A DNA stretch of 63,276 nt, counting the filler, from Thraustochytrium aureum (lineage: Eukaryota): NCBI GenBank assembly GCA_012862495.1. It is 6 parts of 2 records of this genome, joined end to end, with 100 filler letters (N's around TTAATTAATTAA, not from the genome) between each part and the next. Parts side by side here need not be neighbours in the genome. Positions count along the whole stretch, not along the records: positions 7,030 to 14,700 come from BLSG01000061.1; positions 14,801 to 20,061 come from BLSG01000061.1; positions 20,162 to 40,781 come from BLSG01000061.1; 3 more parts are not named here. One strand, given 5' to 3'. How positions within the stretch are numbered: position 1 is the first letter of the stretch; each line of letters starts with the position of its first letter. The translations under genes were made by a program, and so were the position numbers. Positions 11,748-22,024 of the stretch are shown here, piece by piece. The notes beneath the pieces were generated by a model. It was not told the DNA's origin. It saw only the letters and a list, made by a program, of their open reading frames with translations, and made no database searches.

Positions 11748-12527
11748 ATGGACGAGAAGGCTCTGCGGCGCGAGCTGGAGACGGCCGTCGAGGCGGATTG
11801 CAGGCGCAAGGCCGTCGACGAGATGAAGAAGAGGTCGGTGCTGACCGCCAGGTCGTACGATGAGTTTCGACACCTCGTTGCCTGCGCGGAAGAAGGCCAG
11901 AAGCCCGTGTCCAGCAAGGAGATGGAGTTCCTGGGCAAGCCCGGCAAGCGCGACGGGTTCGCCCAGGCGCAGCAAAGGGGCTTTGGAAAGGTCTGGAACG
12001 GTCGCGCAAAGGGCATGAGCTCGTCCAAGCAGCTTTTGGCGAAGATGAAGGCCGACAAGGCCAAGGCCGGCCCGGCCGCTGCGGAGAGCAGCAGCGCGCC
12101 GGCCGAGATTCCGGACGCGCCTGAGACCGCGCATGCCTTTGAGCGACTGTGGCGGCGCACCGACCTGCGTCGACAGGACAAGTTTGCGGTGCTCCTCCGC
12201 ACGAGCCCGAGCAAGGTCTTCAGGGTGGAGCTCAACGACCTTGGCGGGATCTTGGCCGTCGTCGATGCCGGTCTCCGGGCCGCGAAGGAGGCCGAGGAGG
12301 TGGACCACAGCAGCAAGGGCGGCCCGGGCGGCCCGGGCAGAGCGGAGGCGCAGCGCGCGCTCGAATTCCTCGTAGAGCTCAGCGGAGTGTCGCGCTTTGG
12401 GCTCGCCCTGTCATTCCTGACAAGCGACGAGCTGGCGGTGGCCTCGTCTGTATTGTCCCAGCTTGAGGCCGACTGCGAAGGCGATGCTGAGGCACTGCGG
12501 GGCTTGCGCGGGGCTTTCCAACTGTAG
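11748..12527 (+). CDS. CCDC103: CCDC103/DNAAF19-like dynein attachment factor (Dynein_attach_N plus RPAP3_C-like domain)
   Basis: MDEKALRRELETAVEADCRRKAVDEMKKRSV..SYDEFRHLVACA; C-terminal APETAHAFERLWRR and SRFGLALSFLTSDE. Confidence 0.85.
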   Translation: MDEKALRRELETAVEADCRRKAVDEMKKRSVLTARSYDEFRHLVACAEEGQKPVSSKEMEFLGKPGKRDGFAQAQQRGFGKVWNGRAKGMSSSKQLLAKMKADKAKAGPAAAESSSAPAEIPDAPETAHAFERLWRRTDLRRQDKFAVLLRTSPSKVFRVELNDLGGILAVVDAGLRAAKEAEEVDHSSKGGPGGPGRAEAQRALEFLVELSGVSRFGLALSFLTSDELAVASSVLSQLEADCEGDAEALRGLRGAFQL

Positions 12528-12880
12528 GCCTTGAACCCGTGACGTACGTTGCGCCGCAACAGCAAGTAGTCTGAATCGCGAAACTAAACAAACTGTCCTG
12601 CCCCAAACAGCCCGAGGTCAACGTTCGTCACACTGATTCGTAACGCTCCAGTTCATTTCCTCTTCTAAGCTTCACTGTGTACAGTTGCGCCTCCCGCCTA
12701 CGCGCTACAAAGCGTCGGCGGCTCGGCAGCGGCGCGCTGCCGCACGCAAGGTCGAACGTCCGTGATTGCAACGAGACATTGCCTGCCCTATCGTCTTGAC
12801 GGGCAACGCTCTCGCTCGTAGCTAGCTAGAGCAGAGCTCGAGCTCGAGCTCGAGCAAGCTAGAGTTGGCCGATGGTGCTA

Positions 12881-13186
12881 TCACACCGGCGTCAGCTCGT
12901 CGGCGTCGGCCGGCCTCGTCGCTTCAGCCGGGGCTGTGGGCGGAGCGACATACGCGCCCAGCTCCCTCTCCCGCTGCTTGCGCACCCTCTCCCTCCACGA
13001 CGCTGCAGCGGCGAGCAGTGCCACAAACACCAGAAAGAAAAACGCAAACAGCCTCGCCTGCGCCTGGCGCTCCTCCTCGTCGCTCATCGACGGCGCGCTG
13101 GACGGCGCGAGCGTGAGCCCCGCGAGTAGTCCACTCACATTCACCGGGAATTCCGAATCCGCAGCCGGCGACACCGACATCCCCAC
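12881..13186 (-). CDS. Small single-pass membrane protein, hypothetical; start uncertain
   Basis: One strong TM segment (LFAFFFLVFVALLAAAA) followed by a basic stretch (WRERVRKQRER). Confidence 0.4.
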   Translation of the reverse strand: MGMSVSPAADSEFPVNVSGLLAGLTLAPSSAPSMSDEEERQAQARLFAFFFLVFVALLAAAASWRERVRKQRERELGAYVAPPTAPAEATRPADADELTPV

Positions 13187-13501
13187 CGCCGCGCCTCGCG
13201 CGATGGCCGCAAAGCAAGAAAACCGACGCCGTCCTGAACGCCGCTGCGGCTCCGGACCGGCGCGCTCGCTGGCAGCACGGTCCCCGCCCCGCGCGCGCGC
13301 GCCATTTGCGCTCTGCCTGCCACACCTTCAACAACAACAACAGCGCACTGACAAGAGAAGTAATTCGCAATCGATTCATTGGCAGAACAATCGATTGAAC
13401 GAGGCCTTTTCGTTTCGTTCGTCGAGCTGCGGAATAGGTCCGGTAGAGTCGTTCAATGCAGCGGCTGCGGCCGCAGGGCCTGTCTTGCACGCCGTTCCCG
13501 G

Positions 13502-13542
13502 CTTGCCTGGTCACCTGGCCTTGCCTGGTCACCTGGCCTTGC
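13502..13542. repeat. Tandem 18-bp direct repeat CTTGCCTGGTCACCTGGC x2
   Basis: Read directly. Confidence 0.85.
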
Positions 13543-14700
13543 TTGTTACCCCTTTGATCTTGCCTTTTTTCCTGCGTGATGGTGAACGCCCTCGCTTGGC
13601 TCGGTGCAGGTTGGACTGCCTGCGCTTCGCGGCGCAATGTTTTTTGCTGTCCCTCCTCGCAGCGATTCTCGCGCAGGGCTTTGACGGCGGCTAGTCTTGC
13701 ACGCCGACCGAGTCAATAGATGTGTTGCGAGTTCGCTGTTGACCAAGTGGTCCCTCCGGCAAGTTGTTGACGAACGGAATTCTCTTGGAGGCGCAGAGCC
13801 ACGCCAAAGCCGATTCGATCGATCGCTCTTCGAATCATCGCTCGGTTGCGCGAAGGCTGCGCGCCTTGGAATTGTGCCAACGCGCCGCGTTGGCGGGAGT
13901 TGGTGGGAAGCGCGCGCGCCGAGCGAAATGGCAGCTGGCAGGCTGAGCCGCGAATGCGACTCGCTCCTGCCGAGTGAGGTGGTGCGCGACCGCCCACGGA
14001 CAGCTGCGCGGTTCGTAGAGACGCTCGAGCAGCTATCCGACTGGGGACTAGTGACGAAAGGGCAGCGCGAAGGCTGCGCCAAGCTCCGAAGCAAGATGCG
14101 CGTGCACGGGCTCAGCGCAGGCGCGGCCACCGGTGCAGCGATTGAGCGCCGACCCCGCACCGCCGGCGTCAACCTGCAAGGAAACCGAAGGGTAGTCCTT
14201 CTCAGAGGTGGGGCGTCAAGGTCCGCGCCGCGCATGGCGCCCGTTCGGGCCCTGACGCAACCCAAAACGAAAGTGGAACGCAATGCGCTCCTCGCTCAGG
14301 TGCATGGCCTTTTGAACGGGACGACACCGCCGACGAGGCGCCGGAGGACCAGGGCGATGCCCAGGCCTTGCGCAGAAAGTGCGAGGACCTGAGGCGCATG
14401 ATCGACGTGCTGCGCGCCAGCCCGGAGGAGGATGTCGTGCCAGAAGAGGTCCTGGCCTACTGGGCGCGAGGGCGGCTTGTCGCATCACCGAGCGAGGCGT
14501 GAGCTGCGCTTCGACGCGGGAAATAATCATGTACTTACACAGAGACAGAACGAACTGCACTTGCTTTTGGATCATGTTGTATGGAGCAAACTGGTACGGT
14601 ACACAAGCAACAATAACAGAGGTCAAGCACCCGCGCAAGGCGCACGGGTGGCAGCGCGTCCTGCGGCGTGACCTACCTCTTGAGCTTGACCAAGAAGGCG

Positions 14701-14800
14701 NNNNNNNNNNNNNNNNNNNNNNNNNNNNNNNNNNNNNNNNNNNNTTAATTAATTAANNNNNNNNNNNNNNNNNNNNNNNNNNNNNNNNNNNNNNNNNNNN
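14701..14800. other. Artificial scaffold spacer
   Basis: TTAATTAATTAA at 14745-14756 flanked by 44 N on each side. Confidence 0.97.
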
Positions 14801-16142
14801 GTGTCTTCCTCGCGCCGCAGGCCCATTTCGCTATCGAGCAGGTCTCCTTCCAAGGCGATGCGGATCGGCGCTGACAGTCTCTCAGCGAGCCGCGCGCTTG
14901 CAGAAGGGACGAACAGCTCAGGGCTGGCCGCACCCCCGCCCTGGCACGTGAGCGCGGAGTGCGAAGTGGAGGCTTATTACGGTGAGCTCGTCGACATCTT
15001 TTTGAACGAGACCACGAGCGCCGAACAGATCGAGTCCCACCTGCACGAGCTGATTTCCAACATGACCGAGCTGCCCTACACATCCAACGTCACAGACACC
15101 TGGGACGCCCTAATCGACATAGACGCGTTCCAGGGCGATGTGAGCTCTGGGCAGGTCATGCTCCTGTACTCGCAAAAGCCAAGGGCGGCCTCGCTCGCTG
15201 GGGTTTCAGACGGCGGGTGGAACCGGCAAAAGCTCGTCCCGGCCTCGTATGGCGTCGGGTCTCAAGGCCCCGGCAAGGTCGACCTGCACAACCTGCGGCC
15301 GACCGACTATTGGGTTAACAATGCGCGCGGCAACAGGTACTTTGACTGGTGCCAGTCCGGGTGCGACATGCCCAGCACGGCTGCCTCTGCGCCGAACACG
15401 GCGCGCGACAACGAGCGGTTCATGCCCCCCGCTGCCGTCCGCGGCGACATCGCCCGCGCGGTCTTTTACATGGCCACGCGGTATGACGGGTCTGACGTCG
15501 GCACGCTCAACATTCGCCTCAGCGACTGCCCCTCCGCAGACTCCGACCTCTTTGGCAAGCTCTCGACGCTGCTCGAGTGGCACTCGGGCGACCCGCCCGA
15601 CGAGCTTGAGCGGCGCCGCAACGACCGCGTCTGCTCGGGCTACCAGCACAACCGCAACCCCTTCGTGGACTTTCCGCACCTCGTGGACCGCATCTTCTGC
15701 GGTTACCAGGACCCGGACGCGACTTGCACGGCCCAGCTCAAGCCGCCAAGCTGCGGCGGCGAGTGCAAGGACCTGGGGGGGCTCGTCTACGCCGAGACGA
15801 AAAAGCCCGCGCCGTGCTACGACCTCGTGGCCGGCGAGTACTGCGAGTACTCGCTACTTGTGCGCGAACGCTGCCGCGCCAGCTGCCGGATGTGTTCGAC
15901 GCCCATCTGCAAGGACTCTGTCCCAAGCGGGCTTATTTGGGACGACACGGGCAAGGAGGCGCCCTGCGCTGACGTCAAGGAGTTTTGCGACATCACCTTC
16001 GTGCTGGACTCTTGCCCAAAGACGTGCGGGGCCTGCGCCGACACGCTTGCGCTCCCTGTGCCGCAGATCGACCCGAGCGACCCGCCGCCACCGACGACGT
16101 CTGTGCCGCTCCCCGCCCCGAACAGGGACAACACTGGCACCG
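14801..16142 (+). CDS. Endonuclease I (EndA/Bsn-type) domain protein with two ShK-like Cys-rich modules and a Pro/Thr linker; partial at both ends
   Basis: WDALIDID, DLHNLRPTD..VNNARGN, RGDIARAVFYMATRY, LLEWH..DPPD..ERRRNDRV..YQHNRNPFVD. ShK-like ends CRASCRMC and CPKTCGAC. Confidence 0.88.
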
Positions 16143-16941
16143 NNNNNNNNNNNNNNNNNNNNNNNNNNNNNNNNNNNNNNNNNNNNNNNNNNNNNNNNNN
16201 NNNNNNNNNNNNNNNNNNNNNNNNNNNNNNNNNNNNNNNNNNNNNNNNNNNNNNNNNNNNNNNNNNNNNNNNNNNNNNNNNNNNNNNNNNNNNNNNNNNN
16301 NNNNNNNNNNNNNNNNNNNNNNNNNNNNNNNNNNNNNNNNNNNNNNNNNNNNNNNNNNNNNNNNNNNNNNNNNNNNNNNNNNNNNNNNNNNNNNNNNNNN
16401 NNNNNNNNNNNNNNNNNNNNNNNNNNNNNNNNNNNNNNNNNNNNNNNNNNNNNNNNNNNNNNNNNNNNNNNNNNNNNNNNNNNNNNNNNNNNNNNNNNNN
16501 NNNNNNNNNNNNNNNNNNNNNNNNNNNNNNNNNNNNNNNNNNNNNNNNNNNNNNNNNNNNNNNNNNNNNNNNNNNNNNNNNNNNNNNNNNNNNNNNNNNN
16601 NNNNNNNNNNNNNNNNNNNNNNNNNNNNNNNNNNNNNNNNNNNNNNNNNNNNNNNNNNNNNNNNNNNNNNNNNNNNNNNNNNNNNNNNNNNNNNNNNNNN
16701 NNNNNNNNNNNNNNNNNNNNNNNNNNNNNNNNNNNNNNNNNNNNNNNNNNNNNNNNNNNNNNNNNNNNNNNNNNNNNNNNNNNNNNNNNNNNNNNNNNNN
16801 NNNNNNNNNNNNNNNNNNNNNNNNNNNNNNNNNNNNNNNNNNNNNNNNNNNNNNNNNNNNNNNNNNNNNNNNNNNNNNNNNNNNNNNNNNNNNNNNNNNN
16901 NNNNNNNNNNNNNNNNNNNNNNNNNNNNNNNNNNNNNNNNN

Positions 16942-17608
16942 GTACTTTTTGTTTAATTTGTCTGGCCTGCTCACGCCCGCCCGCAGCAGCGCGGAGGCGA
17001 AAGAGGCTCGCTCGGCTCGGTTCAGCGCTGTCTGGCGGGGGCCAGGGACGAACGGTTTGTTTGGGTTGACAGGAAGGCATCCGTACCGGTTTGTGGCGAA
17101 CAGCAGTCCGATCGCCCCGCCAAAAGGCAAAACCCAAGAACAGCAGCAGCACGTCCATGCCGCCGTCGCCCCCAAGCAGCCCGGCTAGCAGCCCTGCGAT
17201 GAGCGCAAAGCCTACCATTGGCGGGACGAGCACGGCGTTCCGAACGTTGATGTTGGGCTCCCAGAACAGCGAGTTGCTCGAGCGGCAGAGCTTTGCTCTG
17301 CCTGTCAACATGTCCATCACGGACGCCGATGATGCCTTGTCGAATTGGGCTTTTGTGTCCTTGTGCGTGCCTGCTTCAATAGTGATCAGCACTCCATTCG
17401 GGACGAGCAGCACAGGCCCGACAACGTCGACGGCCGTCGCCTTCGCTTCGGCGACCTCCGCCTTGGCGCCCTTCGCTTCGGCGACCTCCGCCTTGGCGAC
17501 CTCCGCTTCGGTGACCTCCGCCTTGGCGACCTCCTCGTCGTGATTTTGCAACGAGCTCTGGCCCGTCTGGCGCCCGCTCTCGGCGTCGTCCTCGATGGGG
17601 TCAGACAT
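16942..17608 (-). CDS. Hypothetical membrane protein with N-terminal AEVAK/AEVAE repeats; frameshifted, 3' end in gap
   Basis: MSDPIEDD.. then EVAKAEVTEAEVAKAEVAEAK repeats and hydrophobic segments (MVGFALIAGLLAGLLG, MDVLLLFLG). Confidence 0.5.
17439..17534. repeat. Coding minisatellite, 15-bp unit (GGCGACCTCCGCCTT / GGCGACCTCCGCTTC-like), about 6 copies
   Basis: Read directly; encodes the 5-aa AEVAK/AEVAE repeats on the minus strand. Confidence 0.85.
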
Positions 17609-18571
17609 GCTGGTCAGCTCGTGCAAGCGCCAACCTCTCCTGGAGCCCGCAAGAGTTGGCCGTGCGCTCTTCCTGTCGACCAGAATGGCCGCGCACGCCG
17701 CCACACGCGACCGCGCTCTGCGCAGCGCCGCTTCCTGCGCTGCGTTGGCCTACGTACGTAGTATGGAGAAGAGGTGGTAGCTGGAGTGCACACCTGGGGA
17801 CAGGATGGTGGTGTGTGGGCGAGGTCGGGTGGGAGGATGCATCATCACGCTCACCCGCCTGCAGCCGCGCTTGCCGTGCTTGCCGTTGCGTGGCCGGCCA
17901 TGCGGTACCGGTACTCTACGCCCGTCACTGGCACATGATCATCGAGCGTTTGGTGGCGGTGGCGCTGTTCGACGGGTTCAACCTCGGCGGGGTTTGGCTG
18001 GATGCGGCATACGAGTTGGTTGGTATGCCATGGCGAACGTCGAGCTGCTCTCGGGGATGGCCTGCCCAAGCTGCCTTGGGCTGGTGTGTCGTGCCATTTC
18101 CTCTTCGCACTGTCGGATGCACGCCAGCAGAGCGGTGGGCCTCGACGCAGCTGCTCCCTCGCCAGGCGCGCAAGGTCCCACGAGCAGCTCACGATGGCGC
18201 AGGTGACGCGACGTCGCTGGCTCCTTCTGCTCACGGGCGTTGACTGCACTGGAAGCGGGCGCGGTTCAAGGCCGTCGCAGTTGGCGCCTGGCGCCGAATG
18301 GGTGTCCGCCTTCAATATCCTGGACCGCTTGGCGCTGTTCGTCACCAAACCCGAGCTTGCCTGGGACATCCTCGAAGACAACGGCACGGACTGCCTGTTC
18401 CTGCACCCGAAAAGCGAGGCGCTGCTGGAAACCAACAACTTGGTCTACATGAGCCCCGCCGAGCACGTCGAGTGGGAAAACTCGTGATGCCGGCGCTCAT
18501 GAAGCCCGACGTGCTCCAGCCTGCTGCTCACGTCTCGTTCAAGGGCTGCGTTGAAATGATGCAAACGACCG

Positions 18572-18643
18572 CGGCACGCAGCGCGAACGAGCAGGCCCGG
18601 GCTGGCCGGCACGCAGCGCGAACGAGCAGGCCCGGGCCGGCCG
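18572..18643. repeat. 35-bp tandem direct repeat x2
   Basis: cggcacgcagcgcgaacgagcaggcccgggc starts at 18572 and again at 18607. Confidence 0.85.
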
Positions 18644-18869
18644 GCCGAGGCAGCCTAAACCAGCATCTCAACCTACTGTAGTACTCTACGCAACTCCAAA
18701 CCCTCCAAGACCAAGCAGAGCTCCTTTGAACGACCGACCTTTGCCGCTCTGCGCCAGACCCTGCAGCAAGCAGCAGTCCCTGCGCACAAGCAGCAGACCA
18801 AGGCCTGCGCATAAGCAGCCCGTGCGNNNNNNNNNNNNNNNNNNNNNNNNNNNNNNNNNNNNNNNNNNN

Positions 18870-20061
18870 CCCGCCGAGGCAGTGCGCCAGGGCATGATCG
18901 GGGCCTTTGAAAAGTTTGACACGCCGTTCGGACTGCGACAGATTGTGTACGCCGACTGGGTTGCCAGCGGGCGCGCGCTCAAGCAGGTCGAAGAGTTTGT
19001 CGCCCGCGAGGTGCTGCCCTGGTACGCCAACACGCACACGACCTCGAGCGTGACGGGGTCGAAGAGCACAAAGCTGCGCAGCAAAGCGCGCGACTATGTG
19101 CGCGAGTGCGTCAACGGGAGCGAAGAGCAAGACGTCGTCTTCTTCTCCGGCAGCGGCAGCACCGGCGCCATCAACAAGTGGGTCCAGCTGACGCGCGTGG
19201 CGGACTTTGCCCGCGCCGCCAAGCGAAGCTCGCAGCGCCCGCTCGTCCTCGTGGGCCCCTCCGAGCACCACTCCAACCTCTTGCCGTGGCGCGAGTCTGG
19301 CGCCGAGGTCCAAATCGTGCCCGAGTGCACCGACGACAGCGGCCCGGACATGCTCGTGCTCGAGGCGATGCTCAAGGCTGGCAAGGGCCGCCCGCTCGTG
19401 ATTGGCACCTTTTCGGCCGCCTCCAACGTGACCGGGGTCCTCACCGACGTGCAAAAGGTAGCCAAGCTCTGCCACAAGTATGGCGCTCTGGCGAGCTTTG
19501 ACTACGCGTGCGGGGCGCCGTACATCGCGATGGACATGACTCCGGCCGACGCCGAGGCGCGCCCGGACGCCATCTTCGTGTCGCCCCACAAGTTTGTGGG
19601 CGGCGTGAACACATCGGGTGTGCTGGTGTGCAAGCGCGCAGCCATCAAGTGCTCCAAACCCTCGACACCGCACGTCGGCGGCGGCACCGTGCTTTGGGTC
19701 GACCGCAACATTCATGTGTACCTCGACGACTCGTCGAGCGTGAGGAGGGCGGCACCCCAGACATCGTCGGCAACATCCGCACGGGCATCGCGTTTGCGGT
19801 GAAGCACCGCTTTGGCGTCGTCAAGATCGAGCGACGCGAAGAAGAGCTCGTCGCGAAGGTCGCAGCCGCAACCAAGGAGATGCCCAACTTTTTCTTGCTC
19901 GGACCGCCGATCGACGCAAAGGGCGTGCACCGGCTTCCGATCCTGTCGTTCCTCGTCCGCCATCCGAAGACGGGGCGGTTCCTGCACCACGCTTTCGTCT
20001 CGACCATTTTGAACGACCTGTACGGCATCAACTCGCGCAGCGGATGCATGTGCGCGGGCCC
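18870..20061 (+). CDS. Aminotransferase class V / cysteine desulfurase-like PLP enzyme; partial, frameshift near 19731
   Basis: IVYADWVASGR, YANTHT, GSGSTGAIN, EHHSNLLPWRE, FSAASNVTG, FDYA, SPHKFVGG (PLP lysine), EEGGTP, RSGCMCAG. Confidence 0.92.
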
Positions 20062-20161
20062 NNNNNNNNNNNNNNNNNNNNNNNNNNNNNNNNNNNNNNN
20101 NNNNNTTAATTAATTAANNNNNNNNNNNNNNNNNNNNNNNNNNNNNNNNNNNNNNNNNNNN
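20062..20161. other. Artificial scaffold spacer
   Basis: TTAATTAATTAA at 20106-20117 flanked by 44 N on each side. Confidence 0.97.
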
Positions 20162-22024
20162 TTGATCTTGATCAATCAATTTCTTGTGACGATGAGAGTT
20201 TGGCTGGCCCAACGTGGCCGCGGCCGAGGCGGCTAATCGAGCTGCAATCGGGCGCAAGGGCAAGCGACTGCATGTGACGCTCGGGGCCTTGCAAAAGCCG
20301 AGCCGCTGCCTTCCCCGGTTTCCAGTTCTTTTTGCGCGGCGCAGAACTTGAGCAAGTCAACACAAGATGAGCGTGCATAGCCCTTGCAACCAACTTGCAA
20401 CCCTTTTTTTTCGTGCGCCAAGGCGCGACCTGCGCGGCTTCCGCGTCCGCTTTGAGCCCATTTGCGGCGCTCTGCGCCCCAACAACGAGCAGCTTGATCA
20501 AGAGCGCAGCAACGTCGAGAAGCTCGACGCGGCTGACAGCACTACGTCGGCGTGCCGGAACTGCCACGATTTCCTCGAGTCGCTGAACAGCAAGCGGGCC
20601 TTGGGGGACATCTCTGCTGCTCAAAGCCGGGCAGGAGCAGCTTGCCCTGTTCTGCCGGCGGTCCGTCTCCTGTTTGAGGTGGCCTCCTTGGCGCTCAACA
20701 GCGCGTCAGCGAAGGCGGCCAGTCAAGTCGGGCCCACCATTACCTGGCTCTCGACCGCCTCTGGCTGCTGCCCCGTTGGGCTTTGCCACGTCTGGGGGTA
20801 TCTACCAAGGGCTGCTTCGTTTTGGAGCCTTGGATGTCGGCGGTGTGGATTTCCTGGCCACAGGCAGTGCGCCTGGCACTGCTGTGTCGCTGCGGGGCTC
20901 TTGGCGCTGTTGGTTTGCTCATCAGTGCGGCATGCGCTGCGCGTCTGGCACTGCCGAGCTCGGCGCGAACTGACTGGCTATGTTGCATTGGGTACTGAAT
21001 GTCAATACTAAATGCACTCTTTCAAGATCCCGATGGTCAATCAAGATCCAAAAATGGAACAAAAAAAAGTGCGCGTGCGCCAAAGCGAGCGGACGCCCCA
21101 TCCGCGCAGACCTCTGTCTGCTCGGCAGACACGACGCGGACAAAGGAGGTCTGGGCACTGCGTAGGCAGGACTTGCCCATACCCCGCCCGGCACCCGCCC
21201 ACCCTCCTTGCCCCGCCCGCCCCAAGGCCAGAAAGGCCCTGACCGGACTGGAGACCTGCGCCCCCGCTCCGTGCGTGTGGCGGTGCCGGGGCGGACGAGA
21301 GGAGCTGGCTCGCGGCGGTCCCCGACCTCCTTGCAACGCCAAGCCGCCGCGCGGGGCGCATGCTGAAAAGGGCCTCGCGTGCTTGATCGCCCTCGACGCG
21401 NNNNNNNNNNNNNNNNNNNNNNNNNNNNNNNNNNNNNNNNNNNNNNNNNNNNNNNNNNNNNNNNNNNNNNNNNNNNNNNNNNNNNNNNNNNNNNNNNNNN
21501 NNNNNNNNNNNNNNNNNNNNNNNNNNNNNNNNNNNNNNNNNNNNNNNNNNNNNNNNNNNNNNNNNNNNNNNNNNNNNNNNNNNNNNNNNNNNNNNNNNNN
21601 NNNNNNNNNNNNNNNNNNNNNNNNNNNNNNNNNNNNNNNNNNNNNNNNNNNNNNNNNNNNNNNNNNNNNNNNNNNNNNNNNNNNNNNNNNNNNNNNNNNN
21701 NNNNNNNNNNNNNNNNNNNNNNNNNNNNNNNNNNNNNNNNNNNNNNNNNNNNNNNNNNNNNNNNNNNNNNNNNNNNNNNNNNNNNNNNNNNNNNNNNNNN
21801 NNNNNNNNNNNNNNNNNNNNNNNNNNNNNNNNNNNNNNNNNNNNNNNNNNNNNNNNNNNNNNNNNNNNNNNNNNNNNNNNNNNNNNNNNNNNNNNNNNNN
21901 NNNNNNNNNNNNNNNNNNNNNNNNNNNNNNNNNNNNNNNNNNNNNNNNNNNNNNNNNNNNNNNNNNNNNNNNNNNNNNNNNNNNNNNNNNNNNNNNNNNN
22001 NNNNNNNNNNNNNNNNNNNNNNNG

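Noticed and set aside
13697..14700. Possible degenerate gene or transposon remnant
   Set aside because: Overlapping ORFs with no recognisable motif; cannot be supported.
14801..17188. 795-aa ORF extending the endonuclease across the gap
   Set aside because: Sequence after the gap is better explained by the convergent minus-strand membrane protein.
17800..18487. Plus-strand coding fragments ending ..SPAEHVEWENS
   Set aside because: Protein-like in parts but broken across frames, with no family motif.
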